From a virus (Duplodnaviria; Caudoviricetes), in IMG/VR virus record IMGVR_UViG_3300016478_000256, positions 1 through 24,071 of that record: a DNA stretch of 24,071 nucleotides. The stretch is one strand, 5' to 3'. Within the stretch, counting starts at the first letter, position 1. The number at the start of each line of letters is the position of its first letter. A model generated the notes under the pieces. That model was given only the letters and a program-made list of their open reading frames with translations, searched no databases and was not told the DNA's origin. The position numbers were made by a program, and so were the translations under genes. Shown in pieces: positions 17,729-24,071 of this stretch.

Positions 17729-17974
17729 ATGAAAATCCAGATTTTACAAGGCGCAACATCCGCCACATTCAACGAACAGGAAGGAACACCCCTGTTCGAT
17801 TTTAAAGAGATCTCTTCCGAAGAGGGAGTAGTACATCTAACCTATACCACCCGCGAAAAAAGAGACATGGCTAAACAGGAATTAAAAAACAGCCGGTTCA
17901 CCTGCGGCGAAATGCGCCACAATAACGGCTGGGTAGTGTTCATTAACCAGGCAGATCTAATTGTTACGAGATGA
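17729..17974 (+). CDS. Hypothetical protein (81 aa)
   Basis: A-rich leader; stop overlaps the next ATG. Confidence 0.6.
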   Translation: MKIQILQGATSATFNEQEGTPLFDFKEISSEEGVVHLTYTTREKRDMAKQELKNSRFTCGEMRHNNGWVVFINQADLIVTR

Positions 17975-18345
17975 AAAAAGTAAACTATATGGCCGTAGCT
18001 GTCGCCCATGGCCAGCGACGCAAGATGCAAGACATAGATCCACGAAAGTACGCCCTCTCAATATGGAAGCTTTTCATTGCCGCCGATATCGTAGAGACGG
18101 CCGCGCTGGAGATAGAAGAGATATTGGGACATGCAGAGCGATTCGTTCACGACGATAAAAAACGGATCAACGCCATCAAGGCAAACGCACATAAGTTTGT
18201 GTACGACGTTGATAAAACCTGCACCACCGATTTCGCCATCCAATTTGCCGACGTGTCAGACCGGGTTCACACCCTCGTTAACAGCTACATGGAAAACGAA
18301 CTGTCCAAGCTTCGTGACATCTGGGCCGAAAAGAAAGAACTATAA
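17971..18345 (+). CDS. Hypothetical helical protein (124 aa)
   Basis: ATGA coupling with the upstream gene. Confidence 0.6.
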   Translation: MKKVNYMAVAVAHGQRRKMQDIDPRKYALSIWKLFIAADIVETAALEIEEILGHAERFVHDDKKRINAIKANAHKFVYDVDKTCTTDFAIQFADVSDRVHTLVNSYMENELSKLRDIWAEKKEL

Positions 18346-18352
18346 ATTAAAT

Positions 18353-18382
18353 TCTGCTCACCTTATAAACGAGGTGAGCAGA
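18353..18382. other. Intergenic 11-bp perfect hairpin
   Basis: TCTGCTCACCT-TATAAACG-AGGTGAGCAGA with no U-tract on the + strand. Confidence 0.6.
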
Positions 18383-18397
18383 TGAAACAAAAACAAC

Positions 18398-18673
18398 ATG
18401 GAAACAAAAATAGATATCATGCCGGCACTTGTTGTTAAGTACCGGCGACATGGAAAAAAACATCAAGGGAAAGAGGCGTTCTACCTAGTATTTAAAGCCC
18501 CAAATAGTGAATATCACAGGGGTCTGTCAGACGAAACATTTGATACGGAGGATGAAGCAGTCAAAGCATTGGAAGAACACAGATCCGGACGAGCTGTATT
18601 CAAAGCCGTAAGAGTTCATGTAGGAAGCAGCTTCTTTATTTGTAGTAGAAAAAATGAAATTAAACAAAGTTGA
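18398..18673 (+). CDS. Hypothetical protein (91 aa)
   Basis: A-rich leader and ATG, in operon. Confidence 0.55.
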   Translation: METKIDIMPALVVKYRRHGKKHQGKEAFYLVFKAPNSEYHRGLSDETFDTEDEAVKALEEHRSGRAVFKAVRVHVGSSFFICSRKNEIKQS

Positions 18674-18680
18674 AAATATT

Positions 18681-18986
18681 ATGACAGTAGAACAAAAAGC
18701 GAACGAAGCGCACGAAGCAAACAGGGCATTAGCTCCTAAATATCATATTCCTCATAACTGCTGGATCGACTGGTTCTCCCTTGGTTATCGTATAGCTGAA
18801 AAAGAATATGTAGGAACAGGGGACATCGATATTTTAAAGGATCAGGTAGAATCATTAAAAGCAGCATTGGTAGCTAAAGATGAAACACATAAACTGGAGA
18901 TTAGACAGCTAAAAACAAAAGCTCTTAACGCTTTTTTGGAATGCGAAGGATACGATGAATTTGAAATGGAAATAAATAAATTATAA
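18681..18986 (+). CDS. Hypothetical coiled-coil protein (~101 aa)
   Basis: ATG at 18681 preferred over 18654 because it avoids overlap; heptad-like C-terminal half. Confidence 0.55.
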   Translation: MTVEQKANEAHEANRALAPKYHIPHNCWIDWFSLGYRIAEKEYVGTGDIDILKDQVESLKAALVAKDETHKLEIRQLKTKALNAFLECEGYDEFEMEINKL

Positions 18987-19001
18987 ACAGAGTTGAACAT
19001 T

Positions 19002-19355
19002 ATGGGAAAAGATAAGTCAGAAATAAACATGAATCCAAGGCCTATGTTTTACGTTGTTGCGTTGGAGAAGCTAAGAAAAATAGCTATCGATTGTGGGTAT
19101 GCACTCGCCGTCCATGGTTCTTGCGCTAAGGACATGGACCTTATAGCCGTTAGATGGGCCGAAAATTATGAGTCACCTAAATATCTAACTGAAAGATTTT
19201 TAGAAGAGTTAAGCCATTTTTATTTTGGTGAAGATGATGGAGCAAAAGAAGATTTTGCACAACTAACAAATCCAGAAGTTAGATTTGGCTCTCATTATCA
19301 TTTTAGTATACCTATTTATTCAAATTGGTATATTGATTTGTGTGTAATTATGTAG
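19002..19355 (+). CDS. Putative minimal nucleotidyltransferase-fold protein (~117 aa)
   Basis: ALAVHGSCAKDMDLIAV fits the hG[GS]...DxD pol-beta superfamily signature, with a candidate third acid in YIDL. Confidence 0.55.
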   Translation: MGKDKSEINMNPRPMFYVVALEKLRKIAIDCGYALAVHGSCAKDMDLIAVRWAENYESPKYLTERFLEELSHFYFGEDDGAKEDFAQLTNPEVRFGSHYHFSIPIYSNWYIDLCVIM

Positions 19356-19373
19356 TTCAAATCCGAACATACT

Positions 19374-19661
19374 ATGCCAATCGACTACAAGCGATATCCT
19401 CCGGACTGGAAGACTCGAATCCGTCCGGAGGTGTTACAGAGGGCAAAGGATTGTTGTGAGTTCTGCGGCGTGCAGAACTACAGCATCAGGGACGGGAAAA
19501 GGATAATCCTTACCGTCGCTCATCTGGATCACGACGAAACGAACTGGAACATACAACTGGATAGGCTTCGGGCCTTATGCCAGCGCTGCCATCTCCAATA
19601 CGATGCGCAAGAAAAGAAACGAAGAAAGTCTATTAAACCCGAGTTATCCGGATTGACCTAA
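19374..19661 (+). CDS. HNH endonuclease-family protein (95 aa)
   Basis: CEFC...LTVAHLDHD..N.....LRALCQRCHLQYD. Confidence 0.85.
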   Translation: MPIDYKRYPPDWKTRIRPEVLQRAKDCCEFCGVQNYSIRDGKRIILTVAHLDHDETNWNIQLDRLRALCQRCHLQYDAQEKKRRKSIKPELSGLT

Positions 19662-19681
19662 TAACTCACAACACCAACAAT

Positions 19682-19846
19682 ATGAAAAAGCTATTCTGTT
19701 TATTTCTCCTGGTATTACTTGTGTCCTGCGATAAGAAAGAAACGATCCTGCCGGACGACTATCCACCGCCTCCGGATAAGATCCGGGATGCAAAGGATTC
19801 TATCGCTGTTAAACCATCAGATTATGAATTTGGCAACCGTGCATGA
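19682..19846 (+). CDS. Small putative lipoprotein (54 aa; not in the ORF track)
   Basis: MKKLFCLFLLVLLVS-CDKKETILPDDYPPPPDK...: basic N-terminus, hydrophobic core, lipobox LVSC. Confidence 0.65.
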   Translation: MKKLFCLFLLVLLVSCDKKETILPDDYPPPPDKIRDAKDSIAVKPSDYEFGNRA

Positions 19847-20100
19847 TACGCTAGCGCATGCGGCCCGTCCTCGTCCAACCCGGAGAGAACGGGCCTCTTG
19901 TTTGATGGACAGGCTACCGGGTTGGATCGCGCAGATTCATCCGAGAATGGCTGAAGGTATTGTTGGAGGAGTTGGCCAATGGAACAACAATACCCGGGTG
20001 ATACCTATCTAAATATATCCCCCCACACCCCCCCCCAAATTAAAAAAAGAGAACATAAAGAAATGAGGGCGAATTGAAATCTTTTTGCAGTACCTACAGT

Positions 20101-20488
20101 GACCAACGGACCAACGGACCAACGGGCAAAAAAACATTTCAATTACAAGGTATAGATAAATATATATAAATCAATATATTATATATAAATAAGTAGTGTT
20201 GTTTGCTGTTGGTCGCTGTTGGTTTCTAGGCTTTTTCTGTTGGTCGCTGTTGGTCGGTTGGTTGGTCTCTATTCTTTATACTTTAGTTAATATCCTTTTT
20301 TCCGTTGGTCGGTTGGTTGCTCCGTCCAACAGAAAACAGGCCCGTTGGACGGTTGTACAACAAAAATAAATATACATTCTGTTAAATTATTGTAGGTTTA
20401 AATTTGGTGTTCTCGCTGATTATTAGTACCTTACAGTATTTTTAGTATTATTTTTTAATACCTCTGTTGGTCCGTTGGTCTGTTGGTC
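20101..20488. repeat. Iteron-like repeat region, putative replication origin
   Basis: (GACCAACG)x3 at 20101-20124 and inverted (YGTTGGTC)x3 at 20465-20488. 16 copies of the GTTGG/CCAAC core in total. AT-rich tract about 20151-20192. Confidence 0.7.
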
Positions 20489-20574
20489 AAAAACAGGAGG
20501 CCCATTTAGAGAAAAAACACGAAAACGAGCATAGATGTCTTTTATTTTTAAATGAATAAAACCCAAATTCGAAC

Positions 20575-21165
20575 ATGAATGGAATGAAAGTAGACATAAA
20601 GGTACATCCTTCAGTAAGAGAATTCATACTTTGCACCAATGGATCCCCTACAATTGTTCCTCAGAAGGATGATTGGTTGTGGCTTATACTCAAGCAACAT
20701 CTTACTACCGTTGCGGGTACTGTGCTGCCTGTACCCAGAGACGAGTACAACCAAAAATATATTTCAATTTCGCTCCTGGATACATCCGGAACAAAGGTTC
20801 AGGTTGTAAACAGATCGAAGGTTAAACGGAAACATAATGGATTTGATAGGTACAATATATATATGAATTCATTGTTCCGGTGCGAATTGAACGAGCGTGG
20901 CCGTAACATTATAGCCTGGCATCTGCGCACGCAATTTAAAGAATGCTTCCACAATTTTGTGCAGGGCGCGCTGGCTGTGTCTCCAGATCTGGAGCAGAAA
21001 CAGGTTATATTTGAATTCTGTAAGTTGTATAACATTACAATGAACAGTATATCAGAGGATATGCTACGGAAGAGCTGGCAGCGTTCTCCTCAAAAATACA
21101 TTATTCAGGACAGATTAGATGGAAATAAGCTTAAAAGCAAACTGGTTTGCCCTATCATTTTCTGA
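20575..21165 (+). CDS. Hypothetical phage protein, possible late-gene regulator (196 aa)
   Basis: Basic protein between the putative origin and the head operon. Function inferred from position only. Confidence 0.6.
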   Translation: MNGMKVDIKVHPSVREFILCTNGSPTIVPQKDDWLWLILKQHLTTVAGTVLPVPRDEYNQKYISISLLDTSGTKVQVVNRSKVKRKHNGFDRYNIYMNSLFRCELNERGRNIIAWHLRTQFKECFHNFVQGALAVSPDLEQKQVIFEFCKLYNITMNSISEDMLRKSWQRSPQKYIIQDRLDGNKLKSKLVCPIIF

Positions 21166-21216
21166 TAGTTTTTTTGTTGAACTGTTGGTTTGTTTTCATA
21201 GTCTATCACTCTGTTT

Positions 21217-21293
21217 TATAAATATTTAGTCGTGATGTTGTCCCATGACTTTTATGGCAAAAATATAAATATTTAGTCGTGATGTTGTCCCAT
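21217..21293. repeat. Perfect 30-bp direct repeat, two copies
   Basis: TATAAATATTTAGTCGTGATGTTGTCCCAT at 21217-21246 and 21264-21293, 17-bp spacer. Confidence 0.9.
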
Positions 21294-21309
21294 CAAAATA
21301 TATAAAATT

Positions 21310-21687
21310 ATGAACGAATTGTGCAATAACTTTGAGCTGTATTCTATATCTAAGGTAGAAAGTGTAGATGGGAATACAATCGTATTGAAAGCTGGAGCTG
21401 TTCCGGTTAAGCTTGTAGCAGACAGTGTAGAACTTAATCCATCGTCAACCACCGGAACATCAGGTACATTGATAACTCTTGAATCCGAAATGTTAGTAGA
21501 AAAGGTTACTACAGAGGTAGCAATACGTTACGCAAATGCGCGAAAAGCGGTATTAGTGTTTAAAAAGATATCCGGCGAAACGGTAATTGTTGGATCTCCA
21601 ACCTTTCCGGCAAGGGTTAATATTGTACCCATGCTATCGCGGGACAGAGTAAAGATTCGTTGCAATTCGTTACGCAGCCCTCTTTAA
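21310..21687 (+). CDS. Hypothetical beta-rich phage protein (125 aa)
   Basis: A-rich leader; first gene before the head protease. Confidence 0.65.
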   Translation: MNELCNNFELYSISKVESVDGNTIVLKAGAVPVKLVADSVELNPSSTTGTSGTLITLESEMLVEKVTTEVAIRYANARKAVLVFKKISGETVIVGSPTFPARVNIVPMLSRDRVKIRCNSLRSPL

Positions 21688-21742
21688 CAGTCCTTTCCAC
21701 TCCCTGCATGTATGCCTAATTTAGCATGCAAATAGCAGGACA

Positions 21743-22678
21743 ATGAATTCTATAAATCATGTTTTAAAAATTCTTACGTCGCAGGATAGCAAATTACTCT
21801 GTACCAAATCGGAGTATATTGCTGCCCTGCTTCAATACCTTCCGTTCGCTCAGTCGGCTTTGGAAATGCCTAAGCCTAAAACATACACGGAATTAGTTAA
21901 GGAAGAATTAACCCTATTCTCCAGCAAATCGAATGTAGAAATTACATCCGATTATTCTTCCACCGGAGTTAATCCGGGAGCCATTGCCTATCATCGAATT
22001 AAAGGCCTGATTCTGGCCGACTACTATTGGTATGGATTCAGCACCAAACAATTCGAACGTGATCTGCTGGCGGCCGACTCCAACCCAAATCTGTATTGTC
22101 ATTTTGTACACATAACTTCCGGAGGTGGCGAAGCCTGGTATCTGGACCGACTATCAGAGACCATGCGCTCGCTAGTGAAACCCGTTTATGTACTTATCGA
22201 AAAGACTTGTGCAAGCGCAGGATATTACATCGGTTGCCACGGAACAAAGGTTATGGCACTTACTCAGAACGATTCGATTGGCTGCATCGGCACAATGGTT
22301 TCCTTCTGGGACATGGAACCCTATCTTAAATCTCTCGGATTTAATAAGATCGAGGAGTACGCTACCAAATCAGATCTTAAGAATAAGAAGTACAACGACC
22401 TGAAGAATGGCAAGCCCGAACAATTTATTCGTGAGGAGCTGGATCCATTGCAGATACAGTTCGAAACCGAAGTGCGTGCCGCCCGTAAAGCTTTGAAAAA
22501 GCTGGCAGAAGATCACCCGGTTTTACGTGGAGAAACCTACGACGCTACCAATGCCCAACCCGTTGGACTGATAGATGGAGTCGTAACACTTTCAGACGCC
22601 CTGAACGAAGCCTACGAGATGGGCTTATCATGGAATAAAAAAAATCAAATACGGAATAGAGCCGCATCATTCATTTAA
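21743..22678 (+). CDS. S49 (SppA/ClpP-fold) peptidase, probable prohead maturation protease (311 aa)
   Basis: TSGGGEA, CASAGYYI (catalytic Ser), IGCIG and GLIDGV motifs; directly upstream of the capsid gene. Confidence 0.85.
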   Translation: MNSINHVLKILTSQDSKLLCTKSEYIAALLQYLPFAQSALEMPKPKTYTELVKEELTLFSSKSNVEITSDYSSTGVNPGAIAYHRIKGLILADYYWYGFSTKQFERDLLAADSNPNLYCHFVHITSGGGEAWYLDRLSETMRSLVKPVYVLIEKTCASAGYYIGCHGTKVMALTQNDSIGCIGTMVSFWDMEPYLKSLGFNKIEEYATKSDLKNKKYNDLKNGKPEQFIREELDPLQIQFETEVRAARKALKKLAEDHPVLRGETYDATNAQPVGLIDGVVTLSDALNEAYEMGLSWNKKNQIRNRAASFI

Positions 22679-22691
22679 TACATTCAATTTT

Positions 22692-24071
22692 ATGTTTAAA
22701 ACAAAATTTTACGCAGTGTTAACTGCCCTTGGACTTGTAGAAAAGGCTAAGACTAATACCCTTACTCCGGAGGAATGGACTAACATTGAGTCCGCTTTTC
22801 TTGATAAGTACGGGGTGGACATGGCCAGCGCCATGAGTGAGAACCCTCAATCAAGCGCCTTATCGGCCGAACGTCAGGCGGCGCTGGATCTTATCAATGC
22901 CAATACAGAAGCTCCTGCAGCTCCTGCAACTGAAGCTACTCCTGCAAACGGAACTTCCGCTGCTGCACCTACTCAAGAGCCTACGCTGGTACAAGGTATT
23001 CAAACCATCATTGGAAAGGTAAATTCGCTGTCTAGCGAAAATGCAACGCTTCGCACACAAGTGGAACAGATAGCCTCCAGAGCTGTACAGGATCTTCCGG
23101 TGCAAACGGTTCAGAGGACTATTACTCTTTCGGGTCCTGGTACAACAGCTACTCACCTGTTCGGTATTGAAACTCCGTTCTTCTCAATGGATAAGAGATG
23201 GAACCAGGTAGCTGCCAATCCTGCTATCGCTACCATCACTCCGGTTGACGAAGAAGAGGTTGGTCCTGCCTTCCAGCGCGAAGTACGTTCGTACGGAAAG
23301 GTACTGGCTGCCCGCTATGCTTATCTTCAATCTGAGAATAAGCTTGACCCTAAAGTGCTTGGTACCGCATTTGGTAACGACTATGCCGGATTAACCGATG
23401 CTAAGTTGGGCGATCAGTATATGGTTCTACGACAGGAAGCACTTATTGCCAGAATCGTTGAGTTGCAAGACAACTACGATTTGTTCCCACGCCAGTACGG
23501 TGTTCAGGACCGCTCATTGATGACCAACGCATTCTTTACTGAGATCTCCCAGGCTTATCAGCCAGGAAATGTATTCAAGGGCGGAATGACTTTGCAGCCT
23601 GAACTTGCTCACGTTGACGACGCGATGGCTAAGTTGATGTTTGGACCTATGAAGGAAATCGAACGTAAGTATATCGGTTACCTTAACAAAGAGGGATCGG
23701 ATCCTGTTAAGTGGTCTATGATCGAATTCCAGTTGTTGCAGATATTCAAGGGCATGGTTTCGGAACAGAACCGCCGCGTGATCCGTGGTATCTATGTGAA
23801 GCCAGAATCCGGAGTTCCCGGTAATTCTCTTAACGCATCCTCTGGGTTGTTGTATACGCTGGTTCGCTACATGCACGAGAATACATTGTTGCCTCACGAC
23901 GATGCTTCTTACGCTACCTATAGCAAAACAACCATGTACGAAGCCGTGAAGGAATTCATTGCAGACGTAAAGGAATCGTTGGACGACGATATCAATCTGG
24001 AAGGTTTTGCGCTGTACCTTAACAAGAATCATCAGGATTGGTGGTTAGGATGCATACGTGCTGCTTTTGGA
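22692..24071 (+). CDS. Major capsid protein with N-terminal scaffold-like region, 3'-truncated (>460 aa; absent from the ORF track because it has no stop)
   Basis: Frame open from ATG 22692 (MFKTKFYAVLTALG...) to the window end. It has an Ala/Pro/Thr linker and coiled coil followed by a globular region, and follows the protease. Confidence 0.75.
   Translation, partial: MFKTKFYAVLTALGLVEKAKTNTLTPEEWTNIESAFLDKYGVDMASAMSENPQSSALSAERQAALDLINANTEAPAAPATEATPANGTSAAAPTQEPTLVQGIQTIIGKVNSLSSENATLRTQVEQIASRAVQDLPVQTVQRTITLSGPGTTATHLFGIETPFFSMDKRWNQVAANPAIATITPVDEEEVGPAFQREVRSYGKVLAARYAYLQSENKLDPKVLGTAFGNDYAGLTDAKLGDQYMVLRQEALIARIVELQDNYDLFPRQYGVQDRSLMTNAFFTEISQAYQPGNVFKGGMTLQPELAHVDDAMAKLMFGPMKEIERKYIGYLNKEGSDPVKWSMIEFQLLQIFKGMVSEQNRRVIRGIYVKPESGVPGNSLNASSGLLYTLVRYMHENTLLPHDDASYATYSKTTMYEAVKEFIADVKESLDDDINLEGFALYLNKNHQDWWLGCIRAAFG

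Larger units (their letters stand above)
1..24071. mobile_element. Temperate Caudoviricetes phage genome segment (probable Bacteroidota host), attP-intact form
   Basis: Tail genes, DGR, integrase plus attP, repressor/Cro switch, primase-helicase, HNH, S49 protease and capsid appear in modular order. No host housekeeping genes are present. Confidence 0.95.

Noticed and set aside
19719-20012. 97-aa ORF from the track
   Set aside because: Its 5' half overlaps the better-supported lipoprotein ORF. A shorter version from ATG 19824 is possible but has no supporting motif.
20019-20036. G-quadruplex or phase-variable tract at C6-ACA-C9
   Set aside because: Only two runs, intergenic, and not visibly within a promoter. 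Kept only as part of the origin finding.
21217-21293. CRISPR mini-array
   Set aside because: Only two repeats, a 17-bp spacer that is too short, a non-palindromic repeat and no cas genes.
23514-24032. 172-aa minus-strand ORF and other antisense ORFs in the track (e.g. 164-667, 2381-2821, 9394-9873, 16219-16671)
   Set aside because: They are shadows of longer, motif-bearing genes on the opposite strand.

Overview
This window is about 24 kb of a temperate tailed phage, most likely with a Bacteroidota host (A-rich leaders without Shine-Dalgarno sites, a TAnnTTTG promoter element, gene families typical of Bacteroidales phages). Left to right: (1) a tail/receptor-binding operon (<1-8561) containing a complete diversity-generating retroelement (DGR), with target gene 4033-5271, variable repeat (VR) 5110-5226, template repeat (TR) 5334-5450 and reverse transcriptase (RT) 5597-6910; (2) a tyrosine integrase (8659-9825, minus) beside an intact attP carrying the 3' end of a tRNA-Pro-like gene, so this is the excised or virion configuration; (3) a repressor/Cro-like switch; (4) an early operon with a 1318-aa DnaG primase-helicase fusion and small accessory genes; (5) an iteron-rich putative origin (about 20100-20490); (6) the start of the head module (S49 protease, major capsid protein running off the end). 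Most notable: the DGR has no recognisable avd gene but its RT has an extra ~108-aa C-terminal domain, and two unrelated accessory genes 7 kb apart are flanked by the same pair of boundary motifs, suggesting a cassette-exchange mechanism. All product calls come from motif reading and gene context, not database searches.
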